DNA of 37,344 nucleotides, taken from positions 1-37,344 of the forward strand of contig JNEM01012323.1 in the NCBI GenBank assembly GCA_000697335.1. Reading direction: 5' to 3'. The translations under genes were made by a program, and so were the position numbers. Origin of the DNA: Conidiobolus incongruus B7586. Lineage: Eukaryota. Below the pieces are notes generated by a model. It worked only from the letters and a program-made list of their open reading frames with translations. It was not told the origin of the DNA and made no database searches. Shown here in pieces: positions 1-13,081 of this stretch; the first letter of the stretch is position 1; each line of letters opens with the position of its first letter.

Positions 1-3000
1 TTATTTTTAACTTGTATTAATAATATAGTTTACAAAAACTTATTAATTTATATAATAATTTTAAAAAATTTAAAATTAAATTATTTAAAATAATTCAAAA
101 AAACTACCATATCTAGTATATTCAATAAATTATAAGTTCTATAATTATAATTGCTTTAGATAATTAAAAAATTAAATTATAATAAAGATAATATTTATAA
201 AAAATTTAATTGGTTTTTAAATTATTAAATTTATATTTTAATAAAAAATTATATTTTAGGTTTTAAAAGCTAATAAAAAATATAGCTAAGAGTTTTAATA
301 ATAAAAGGCAATAGTGATTTTAGATTATATATAATTATTTTTGTAAATTATATTTCAAAATCTTTTTTATTTTTAATTTCAAAAATATTCTTATTATTTA
401 AAATTCAATATATTATCATTTTTATTATTGAATTAAATATCAAAAAAATAATAGCTTTGGCCAATAATAATTAACAATATATAAATTTTTTTAATATTAA
501 GCTATTAATAATAATGTAAAACATACATATTACGACCCAAGAGAGTTAAATATATCATTTCAAATATATGATTCTTTTTAATTATTAATTTGATTTATTA
601 TCAATATTGGTATTTCAAATTGGATGTCATATTTTAAAATGATAATGTACTGATATTTGATAATTTTATTTAATTATTAAGTTCAGAATTAAACTAATAT
701 TTCATCTAAAATACCTTTCTAAAAGCTATAATTACATTCACATAACGTAAGAAATATTTTGATGATTATTTTGAGAATATTTAATTCATTTATTAGCTTT
801 GGATTAATCTCAATATTTTGTTAATTTAAGCATTTATTGCGAAATAATTTCTTCTTGAATATGGTTGATATAGAATAATATTTTAATTGATCAACCAAAA
901 TCACTTATATATAGTCCATTGACATTATTATTATTGTGATATTTATAATAATTTAACAAAATTTTGAGTAATATTTTCAATTATTATTCATTGTTGTTAT
1001 TGACACATTAATCAAGTTAATTTGAATATTCTGTATTTAATAAATACCACAAAGTAATAAAGTCCTGCTATTTCCACCATAAATGAGAGATATATGATAT
1101 ATTTCAAGTTTTTAGTTTGCCATTAATATCTAAACCTAGTTTAATATGCTCCATTTGCTTCCAACAACTACTTATACACATTTATTCACGAAGTAGTTTA
1201 AGGGAAACCAATTAGCTATCGAGCTAAACTCCTGATCAAAATCTTCAACAAAGGTCACTAACACTCACTAATTCCTTAAAGTATTACACCAGCGAACTCA
1301 AAATCTTGGTTTGTGATATATGTTTATTACAATTATATATGAATCAGTTTAACTTGAGCGAAAGAAGATGAAATTGGACCTGAAGTAAGCGTTGCTTGAA
1401 TATAGTTCTCAAAAAAATTACAATGATTTTATAAATTAGAATTATTTGTTGAACCCTGAAAAAGATATATCTAATAACTTTCTTATATGCTATCAAGATA
1501 ATAAAGATTTAAATCTTATTCATCAGTTATAAATTTTTCATTTTTCAAATTTAATATCAGAAATTAGAATGAAAAGAAATTAGCTCAAATTGGCAGGTTT
1601 AAAATGTTCAGAATAAGAGTTTATTGAAGATGGACAAAATATATTGTATGGGTCTGGTCAGAAATCATTAGATAGTTCCATATGTTTATTTTATCAAAGA
1701 TTTCAATGATGTTGTGCAATATAAATTTAATGATAACTGAGTAGACTATATCATTTCAAATTCAGAGATACCTTAAATTACACATGAATAGAGTATTATT
1801 AAATATCATCAAATACCTGCTTGTTTAATTAGACAAAATACTATTATATTACAATTTAGAATACGTGTGCAATTAATTTATTGTGAAATTAATCTAAAAC
1901 TTAGGAATAATTAATTGAAATTAATTCAATTATTGATTGAAATTTTTTCCTCAGTAAAAATGTAAAATACAACAAAAAAAATTATTTTTTTTTGAAATTT
2001 ATTCAATATTAATTAAATCTTATCTTAATAATCATCTCATATAAAATAATTACTCTCATTAATTGTACCATTCAATTCTATTTGAACATAAATAACAAAT
2101 ATAACATATCCTGTTCATTACCCTCATAGCATTGAATACTGATGTTAAAATAATCACGGTCAATTTTCCAAATCCTAATAGGATTTACTCATCTAATTTT
2201 ATCTTTAAGTTTAACTAAGCAGTGGATGGCTTCAAGGTTTCACTAAAAGGTGTAAAATTGACAATAAAGGTGGACTGAGTTTTGAGAAACAGTCTAATAT
2301 TCAAGTTGATCTACTTTTAAAAGTTAAAGACTTTTTCAAACAATTAATTGGTCAAAGTTCAATATTAATATTAATATATTTTGTTTTATTTTAAAATTGT
2401 GCTGATTGATATTAATATTTAAATCCTATAAATTAATGGCAGTTGATTAATTGATTTTAAAGTACAAGTATATTTGAAATAAATTCAATTTCAATGATCT
2501 CAAAAGTATTTATTTGCTAACTTTTTTATTACATAATTTCTCAAAAGTATATATTGTGAAATTTAATTTGGAATCATGCTCATATAATTGAATATATTCA
2601 AATTAAATGCTTGAAAAAAGTAATAAATATTTTTTGAGGTTAGACAGATAATTAAAATATTAATAAATTAAAATTAATTTGATAATTATATCATTGTGAT
2701 TATATCTATTCAGAATATGTTATTTTAAAATAGATTATCAATTTTTTCTGATTCCTATTGATTAAAGATTATAATTGATATTCGTTTTAACTGGACCAAA
2801 TTTCACTTTATATAATTCCTGGTTAGATGATTTAGTATTTTTTAATACCTCCTTAACATAAATTCACTCCCATCTATACAATATACAATTATATCTGGGT
2901 ACACATTTTTTCAAAACTTACCCCTGAATAATTTGATTCAAACCAATTTATTTACATTTTTTTTGGCTTTATATAAACTGAACTAAAGTCATGATTGGTG

Positions 3001-3395
3001 GAATCTTTAGACTTCCTCACATGAGTAAAAATTTGACTATCCAAATATGATTTTAATGATAAAAGATTAAGACTCAATTAATAACTTAATTCATATGAAT
3101 AAATATTCAAAATAGAAATAGCATTAAAATTAAATAAGAAATATTTTTAACATTAAAAATTTTATATATTTAAGTTAAAATATATATATAAATCTAATTT
3201 GATAATTTTTCTCAATTCATAAAACCTAAACTTAACCCAATTTAACGAGCTTATCGCATGAATTTTATCATGGATTAAAAATTGATCCAAATATTTCGTT
3301 GTAGTACTGCATGTGATACAGGTATAAATAGTAGTTATTCTTCCCAATATTCAATTCAAATTTCTAAATTTTTTTTCTATATTTTGTTGTGGGTG

Positions 3396-4732
3396 ATGAC
3401 GACTATGGATCAAAATATTCACTCGTCGAAAAATACTTTAGAAGCTCCCAAGTGCGCTGATTCAATTCACAAAGATGTGGAAATCGCCGATGATTTGCCC
3501 AAGAGTTCCGATTTTGGTACCTTTGTCAATCTTATTTGTACTTTAACCGTAGGATCGGGTTTCATCATGCCCACCATTTTAAAATTGGGCGGATGGGTAT
3601 CGATCGCGTATATCCCCCTGTTCGGTCTTTTGGCTTACTATATCGGTGATGTAATTATAAGACTCATTTATGCCCGTCCCGGTAAAAGAATTGATGATAT
3701 TGGTGAAACTGCTAGAGTTGCTTTTGGTCTCAAGGGTTTTTGGGCACTTAGAATTTTGATGCATATTCCACTTGTCATTGCTGTTGCTTACTATGCAGCT
3801 CTGTTCTATGTCAATATTCTCGTTATATTGTCCGGCTTCGGAGTCGATGGCACACAATTGATGCCCCAATCAGTTTGGATGTTGATTATTATTGGTGCCA
3901 TGGCTATACCCTACTTCGTTATCAGAAATATTGCGGATACCGTCTACACTTCGTAAGTGAATATTTACTAATATTTTGACATTAATATTAATTTATTTTT
4001 AGCACTCTCGGCCTCGTCAGCGTCATTGTTCTCACAGCTCTCGTATTGAGCAATGGTGTCACACCCACAACTGAAATCACTCAATCTGTCTGGATTCCCG
4101 CTCAAATCCCCCGATGCATGTCCTTGGTTGGTCTTGGATTCGGTGGTTGTATCGTATTCCCCCATCTCGAAGGTACTATGAAGAACCCTCATCACTGGCG
4201 CCCTGTATTCGGTGCATCCATCGCATTCTGTACAGTTTGCTACCTCTTAATCGGCAGTTTCGCCTACTCCAAATTTGGTGAAAGCGTATCGGATGCTTTA
4301 ATTGACATGTACCCTGAAGATGGTTGGACATTGACTGTTTCTATCATTACTACATTACATTTATACGTTGCATCACTCATTCTCCTCAGTACATTCTCTG
4401 CAGAATGGGAGCCCCTCGTAATCCCCAAATCTATTTCAACTGGTCCCAAATCTTTCATCGCATCTCGCGCAGTTCGTCTCATCCTCATTGCCCTAATTTG
4501 GCTCCTCGCCAGCTTCGTTTCGTCCATCTCAGTCATTGCATCAGTCCTAGGTAGTTTCATTACGGTCTTGATGATATATTTCTATCCACCATTGACTCTA
4601 CTCAAAATGATCAAGAATGTAAAACCCGTGGAAAAGTACTTCAACTGGTTCCTCGTCACCATTGGTACTATCTTTGGTCTCTACTGCTTAGGTTTGAGTA
4701 TTTATGACATTGCAGTAGCGCCATCACTCTAA
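3396..4732 (+). CDS. Amino acid/auxin permease (AAAP, Aa_trans; AVT1-like) transporter, paralogue 1; exons 3396-3952, 4003-4732 (~428 aa)
   Basis: Two hydrophobic ORFs joined in frame by a 50-nt intron 3953-4002 (GTAAGT...TTTTAG), giving ...DTVYTS|TLGLVSV.... Motifs SSDFGTFVNL, GSGFIMP, GETARVAFG and FGGCIVFPHLEGTMKNP resemble AVT1-like permeases. An alternative ATG lies at 3405. Confidence 0.85.
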
Positions 4733-7173
4733 TGGCACGTTTTGTACTCAATTCACCAAGTATATATTCAACATATTTATTTAACAATTTAACTAACATT
4801 AAAAAAGTGGATTAAAATCATATTAATAAAAAGAAATATTCTCAATCAATATGTCAAATCATTATTTAAATAATATAATTTGTTAACTATCTGGAATTAG
4901 GAATTAATATGAGAATTTCAATGATAATATGGAAGAAAAATATATTACAAATTTGTGGTATAAATGATTCAATGATCAAATATAAATTTATAGAGTGATA
5001 TAATTAATTTTAAATCAAGATTTGGCAAGTATAACTAATAGAATTCAAAAATATAAATTATATTAACTAAACCAGTATTTTAAGACAATTTAAATAAAAC
5101 TATTCAATATTTTAACAAGTTTTAGTTATATATTTTAGTAATTTTAAATACTATTCAGACTAATTATGTTTAATTCAACCTTGTGACTTTACCATATTCA
5201 TTTATTTTATTTTTTTGATCTGAGTGTAAAAATTATATATAAATTATAATTATTACATTTTAAATTTATTTATTTTATAGATATTTAGTTTTCAATCAAT
5301 TTATCTATATATTTAAAGGATTTTATATGAATGCTATGAATAAAGTCATTTGGTTGTCACCAATACTGTCACCATGATCTTTAGACTTTGGGACTATATT
5401 CATCTTGATTAATCTCTATAACCTTACACCTAATTCGCGCTATTTTTTTCAAATTAATACAAATTGACAAAGATCATAATTTTTCATTTCACTAATCAAA
5501 CAACTAACCCAACTTCAATGACTAATTTTCACGAAGATATAAAATAAATTATATCAATTTTCAAATTTTAGAAAATATTTCTAGCTGATCAATTTCTCTC
5601 AATAAAAACCAGTTTGGGTCCGAAGTTTCTCCGACCATTTTTTGAGTGGAGGAGTTTAAATTCAATGTTGAACCTCTTATAGATGTCTAAAAAATTTTCT
5701 TGAGATTTTTTAGCTAATATGTTTGAATAAGTTATAATATCATTTTTATTTTGGCATTATAAATATGTTATGTATTGAAAGAGAATATTATGAAATAATA
5801 TTGTTCCTTATTCCTTTGACAATTTTTATAATTATTATCTAATAAAATTTAAATTTCAGTCATGGCTAATTACATGATATATCAGTCTAATAAAATATTT
5901 TATCAATTTTAATTTTTAAGCTCAGGTGTTTTATTTAAGAACTCACGGAATAATTTTGAGATATTGAGCATTAATATTATGTAGTATAGATTAATTTGAA
6001 ATTAATACACAATTTTGAAATAATATTTAATATATTAGTTTTAAACAATTATTAATAATAACATTGAAATATTTACACAATTTAATAATAATGTACAGTA
6101 CCTTTAATCCTTTAATGTATTAATATTATTAAATTTATAATATAATTCAAAATTTAAAAAAAATATTAAAATATAGTGAGCATATTATTCAAAAAGATTG
6201 AATAGACGATGATCCAATCATTACGTTTTTGTTCATTGTTAATTATAATTTGAATATAAATAAATCATCAAATTTAATGTGTTAATTTTAAGAAATTATA
6301 TTGAAATTATGCTATTATTTAAAAAAATTAAATATCAATATAATTTAATATTTTAATTTTTAAAAACAAAATTTATTAAATTAAACAAAATATCCTTTAT
6401 TTCAATAAATCATTATAAGCTAAATTTATTCAAGTAAGAGATAACTAGTTCAAGTGACAAAAATTACAATTGATTTTGTTCAATAACCATTTATTATCTA
6501 GTAAACAAAGTTGAAATGTGAATATTTATTCATCATCTACTAAAATTATTATATTCGATTCGTCATATAAATTTTAACTTTTTTGAAATAAAAATTTTGT
6601 TACACTTTGATGCATTTTGAAGGAATGATTATTTATAATAATATTTGACTATAATTTGATTTATTTTAATTAACCTGATGAAAAATTTAATATGTTATCA
6701 AAATATATTAATCAACAATAGTTATTTAATATTAATATTGAATGAATAATATTTCAAATATATTCTATATATTGCTAATTAATTAAATATTAATTTGATA
6801 TTAATATTAATATTAATATCTTAATAACTTATTGAATAATAACATATATTTAAGAATTTTATAATATTTCTTAATAATAATATATATATTATTAAAGTAT
6901 TTTAACTATTAAAATTTTATTAAACTTTAACAATTCAATTATATATTAAAATTTTTTTAATTTTCAAATTTTAATAACTTAATATTTAAGTTATAATATA
7001 TTTTTAGTAAATTTTGAAGTTGTAATTATTTTTATAATTTAAAATTTTTATGTTTCAAAGTGAATAACATTAAATAAATTTTAATTATTAATTATTTTAA
7101 AAGAATAATATTTTTTTATTATATTATATTAAATATAATTTATATTAAATTTACTATACAATAATATATATCA

Positions 7174-8506
7174 CTAAATATTAACTGCATCATAAATACT
7201 CAATCCAAGACAATAGAGGCCGAACGCTGTGCCAACAGTCAATAAAAGCCAATTCAAATACTTTTCCAAAGGGTTGAGATCATGCATCATTTTGAGTTGG
7301 AAGAGATTCGGCACGAAATAAACTAATAGAACAGTAATAAAGCTACCGAGCACTGATGCAATGATGGAAATTGTTGATACAAAACTACTCAGAAGCCAGA
7401 TGAGTATTAGTAAAATGATGCGGATGGCTCTTGAAGCTAAGAAGGATTTGGGTCCTGAAGAGATGGATTTGGGGATAAGTAGAGGTTCCCATTCTGCAGA
7501 GAATGTACTCAAAAGGATAAGAGATGCAACATACATGTGCAATGTAGTAATAATAGAAACTGATAACGTCCATCCGTTTTGTGGATACAGATCTAAGAGT
7601 GTGTCTGTTACACTTTCGCCAAATTTGGAATATGCAAAAGCTCCGATTAATACATAGGAAATAGTACAGAATGCGACGGATGCTCCGAATACGGGTCGCC
7701 AGTGGTGAGGATTCTTCATTGAGCCTTCGAGGTGTGGAAACACGATGCTTCCACCGAACCCGAGGCCTGCCAAAGACAAGCATCGAGGAACTTGTATACC
7801 AACGAAAATGGTATGAGTGATTTCTGGTGCAGGAGTAACTCCATTGCCCAACATGAGCACGGTAAGGGCGATTGCGCTAATAAGTCCAAGAGTACTAAAA
7901 AACAGTTAATCAAATGATTTATATATCATAATTCAAGGGTACTTACGAGGTATACACAGTATCACCAATATTTCTGATAACTAAATAGGGCAAAGCCATC
8001 AAAGCAATAATTATCAGCATCCAAACTGGTGTATTCATCAATTGAGTACCATCAATTCCAAAAGCTGATAAAATTACTAATATGTTAGAGTAAAATATAG
8101 CTGCATAAAACGCTACAGCAATGATAAGAGCTACATGCATTAAAATCCTTAAGGTCCAGAACGCTTTAGGACCAAATGCTACGCGTGCAATTTCTCCGAT
8201 ATCTACGATCCTTTTGCGGGGAATGCAGTATATGAGTTTGATTATCACATCACCAATATAGAAACATAGAAGTCCAAATAGTGGGATATAAACGAGAGCT
8301 ATCCAACCTCCCAATTTGAGGATTGTTGGCATTACGAATCCTGAACCAACAGTCAAGGTACACACAAGATTCACAAATGTGCCAAAGTCGGAGCTCTTAG
8401 AAGATATGTCAGCAAAGGCTGAGTCAGGTTGGAGAAGATCCGCAGAATAGGGACCTGGTACATCATCGGTTTCAAGGCTAATAGTCAATTGATTTTTATT
8501 CAACAT
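7174..8506 (-). CDS. AAAP/Aa_trans amino acid transporter, paralogue 2; exons 8506-7947, 7894-7174 (~426 aa)
   Basis: Colinear and highly similar to paralogue 1. A 52-nt GTAAGT...TTTTAG intron (7946-7895) sits at the identical codon position (TVYTS|TLGL). Confidence 0.85.
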
Positions 8507-9055
8507 TTTCTCAATTAAAGCCACTTAAAAAGTAGCAAATTCCAATTTCATTTAATTGGTGGGAATTAGCTTAGTATTTATAATATTTTATGATAATTTG
8601 AAACTAAATGAATTATGCCTACAAATTGAAATTAAATAAATTATTCTTTGAATTTATGTCAACCATGATCATAATTCGGGTATTACAAAGATATTTTTAG
8701 GCAAATTAATAAAATATGGCAGTCTATCACAGATTTAACTCGTTTTTCTGGTGCCTTATTACCTTATATCAATAGATTATGTGATATTTTGGTTAATCCA
8801 ATTTTTTTACAAATATGCTAGTTTCTACATTAAATTACTTATAAGTTATGATTCAAACTTTACAATTTATTAAATTGATTTAAATGATGATTACTTTATT
8901 CTATCTATTATATCAAATTAATTCTTTTATTTTTATTATAATAAATATTATTTTATTAATGCTATAATCTTCAATATTATCCACTATATTGACAGGTAAT
9001 AATTTAGAATTAAGTGCCCAAGTCATCCACCTGAATGTAATTTCAGGTTTAATCA

Positions 9056-9103
<48 letters not shown>
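9056..9103. repeat. (AAT)16 microsatellite
   Basis: Perfect trinucleotide run read directly from the sequence. Confidence 0.95.
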
Positions 9104-9104
<1 letters not shown>

Positions 9105-9581
9105 TAGTAATATTTAAATTTATTATAATAAAATTAATATAAATAAAATTTTAAAAATTATATATTAGAAATTTATTAGAGAATTTTTATTTTAAAAAAT
9201 TATTATAAATTAGATATTTTAAATATAATGAAAAGTATTAAATATTTAGTTAGTATAAAATTATTATTCAAGTAATGTAATTAAAGTTAAGAGATTTAAT
9301 TAATATACTTTCAGTGATTCTAAATAAAAATTAGTTAAATATTATATTTAAGTTTTATAAAATCTAATTTAATTAAAAATATTTTTTTAAAGCATAGTTA
9401 TTATTAAGTTTAATTTGTGGCAATTAATTGCATTAAAAATTTAAGTTTAATTAATTTTTAAAAATTAAATATAAAAATTAACTATTATTTACTTACCATA
9501 AATGTAATCAATTTCTTATTTTTAATTATTTTCTTACAATCAATTTAAAGGAATTTTTATATTTAAAATAAATTTTATAAG

Positions 9582-10210
9582 TTCCTCACACGGCAGATTT
9601 AAAGATTTATCATATGCTTTCTGTCGAGATTTCTTTAGGGTATGTTTATTATCAATGTTATCTCTTATTTTTGGAATCAATATTCTCAGGATTGGTGGCT
9701 TTGATCAGTTCTTGATTTGCAAAATAAGTTCCAACTGTCATTTTCGTATTAAATATATCTATAGACTTTTTCTGATTAAAATAATTAACTGCTTTGTACT
9801 TATATTGAATTTTTTGATATTCGCAAACATCAATGTTGAAATTAAAAATCCAATTTATTTTCAAATGCTCTAAATCCTCTATGATATACTTCCCCTAATC
9901 AATCATTACATCAACACAAACCTTTAGTTTTTGAGAACTGAAACAGTTTGTAAGTATTTCAATATGACATATATGAGTTAAGTCATTGGAATGATTATGA
10001 CGACAATTTTTAAAAAGTAATAAATTTTCTATTTTCTTTTGGATAACCCTATTATGATCTAGTTCAGATACCAATTGAATAGGTTTATTATAATTATTTC
10101 CAATATAATACTATTATAAAGAATTTTTTAGAAAAAGAATACTTTTAAAGAATCAAAGTATTTCTACTGACCTATTCTTTAACTCTCATTTAGACCGCTA
10201 AGTTTAATTA
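9582..10210 (+). ncRNA. Candidate spliced non-coding transcript (possible snoRNA host): introns 9640-9927 and 9950-10193 around a 22-nt exon; outer ends approximate
   Basis: Consensus donors GTATGT (9640) and GTAAGT (9950), branch-like CTAAT (9895) and TACTGAC (10165), acceptors TTTAG (9927, 10193). The spliced product encodes only MLSVEISLGF*. Confidence 0.35.
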
Positions 10211-10606
10211 TTATTAATTTCAATTAGAATTAAGTATATAATCAATATAATTTTTATAAAATTTTAATTAATATTTATTTGAAATTATAATTAATTATAA
10301 ACTACCTGTTACATACGAAATATTCATAATTAATTCTATAAATAGATATTGAATGAGATTAATAATGAATATCTAGGTGAATTTATCTTAAAAATATTAA
10401 AAATATTCATTCAGCAATAATAATTAATTAGCTTGCTAATCTTCAATGTTTTTTATTCATATAATAAGTTGGCAAATTGAGTCAATTATAATTGGTTATA
10501 ATTGATCTGTTTCAATTTATGATATATATTACCTTGTTCATTAATGACTAAATGAATAAGTGCTAATTATAAAAAATTTTTACTTAATCCTTTTTCCTGG
10601 CTTAAA

Positions 10607-10693
10607 TTATCATGATGATTTCTATATTTATTAACCGTTGGGACTGGCTCGGAGGGATCTGTTATTGACATTGCACTGTGGTTGATCTGATAA
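10607..10693 (+). ncRNA. Candidate box C/D snoRNA
   Basis: Box C ATGATGA 10612-10618, box D CTGA 10687-10690, terminal pairing TTA(TC)/(GA)TAA, ~87 nt long, and a GC-richer island in AT-rich DNA. Target not securely identified. Confidence 0.55.
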
Positions 10694-13081
10694 GAATTGT
10701 GAAGAAAAGGATTAATTTTACAGTTCTCATAGATAGATTCACCCAATTCAATTATAAATTTATAGTCTTTCTCAATAACAATTTCATTTCCATAAATTAT
10801 ATTTTTTTATCACATTCAAATGACCAAAATCAATGATAATTAATTTAACTATACATTTTATAAAAGTAGATGATGGGTTATTCCTCAAATCTAGAAAAAA
10901 TATACTGACAGATTTCTTCATATTACAAATATTAAACACAATTAACTTTCTTGGCTTAGCAGTATAGTTACACCATTTAAATTTATTTGATTTTAAAATC
11001 CATTCTCTATCAATCCTGGATCACAAACATTAATCAATTTGAATTGATATTTTTTAATTCATTATTGAAGAAACAATTCAAGTTTATTGATTTTAAGCAT
11101 TTAGTACATTTTATGAAGTTTCGTTGGTTTTTTAATATCATCCCATTTAAAATTATAGTCTATTTAATACATTAACAAGAATTACAAAATACTGAACTTG
11201 ACTGTTATTTATATACAGATTAAGCATTCATTAAATGTGACAATATTGCGTTGAATAAATGCCATATTATATAGAATATCAGTAATACTAGTGATATTGG
11301 TAAAATATAATATGACTATATTAATAAAGTTTCACAAAATCAATTCAGCAAAAGATATAGCTAATAGATTTAAATATATAGTTATGTCAATTCATATCAG
11401 ATGAATAAAGGAATTTAGAATATCTTTGATTTATCAAATTAGTATAAATTTTATAAAATTCTGATTCAATTATAAAATCAGTTTCATTTAAATTATATTT
11501 GAAATTTGAAAGAATATAATATTAAAATGATAAAATATCAAATTTATATTAAAAATATTGATATTGTAATAAAAGTTAGTATTTCAATATCAAAGTCATT
11601 AAAATAATTTAATCAATTTTATATCTATTTAAATTGATATTAGTATTGATATTTTCCCTATTTTTTCATCAGCATAATAGTAGATATCTGGGAATACTCC
11701 AGTCTTCCCACTATTTAAAGAGCGGCATTTTTCACATAACTTAATACAACGTAAAGTGCAATAAATTTTCAAATTACACTCATTGCAACTACAGATACGA
11801 GTGAGATTTAATAATGTGTTATACTCAATATTTCTAATCATTGTAATTTAATAATAGAAAATTACTTTCAGATGTAAATATTGACGAATATGTAATTTTC
11901 AATAGTATTAACAAGTAATTATATTAATAATTATGATTAGGTTGAAATTGGAAAGAAAATTAATGATGATAAATTGATAAATTTAAAATTATATATCAAT
12001 AATATATATATAATTCATACATAATAATTACTTAATGAAATTGAATTTTAGCCAAGTCCTATTTCAATTGAAGTTCAAATAATGTTGAATACTTTAAATA
12101 TCAAATAAGATAATTTTATTCATTAAATATAATTGCATGTTATATTAGTTAATGAAATTGTTTTAACAAATAAATTATTCAAGATTTTTATAAATTTTAA
12201 TTAATTGATTATAATTCTGCTAATTTCTCAAAATTTTTATATATTTAATTTTATTATAGGATTTTTGTTTAAAAATTTTTAATTGATATTATTGAATCCA
12301 TTTCTAATAGTGGATATTATCAAAACACGTTCGTCTATTTCATATATCCATCTATCTCAAGATAATTGACTTAAAAATACATAATCTCCAAAATATACAA
12401 ATCTCGGAAAGGATCCTATAATTAGGAAATCATTAAACAGGGGCTTAAATGATTGACCAATTTGTTTAATTTAACCCTGATTAAAATCTTGACTGGATGC
12501 TTTTTTATCCTGTACCATGTGAAAATATCATTTTAGAATAGCTTTAATGATAGGTCATTGGATAATGTTTGTACCATACAAATATTGATTTCAGATATGA
12601 TCAAGATTCAATATTCATATTAGCAAAAAATTAATTGAAATTGGATTATGAATGAATTTTTTGAATTTTATATTATTTTCATAATATAAATTTTTTATAT
12701 ATTGGAATCTTAATATTATTTTAGAATATAGACTAATAATAGTTCTAACTAATAATTTTGATATTTAGAAATATTTGGCCAAATTTGGTACTATTTCAAC
12801 AAAACTAATAATCTAAAATAATATTATTAAAAGTTTGATTGATTTGGACAAAATCAATCAATTTAGAATAAATGATGTTAAACTGATTACTAAAATTGAA
12901 ACTCATACTAAAATCAATTGATGTGATTTTGTAAAAATTGCATTGCATAACATTGTTAAGATATTTAACTTTCTAAATTATGAATACAATTAATCATCTC
13001 TTTCTTGTTAAAATTTAATACCAAATATTGTTCACCTTTTAAAAGCTATATTAAAGTAAAAATATTGGTGTGTTGAGCATT

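Noticed and set aside
1040..1420. Slightly GC-richer patch, possible gene or transposon relic
   Set aside because: Only short frames with no recognisable motif or termini.
3579..7917. Short antisense or alternate-frame ORFs overlapping the two transporter genes, similar to each other
   Set aside because: They are shadows of the real paralogous CDSs, which explains their mutual similarity.
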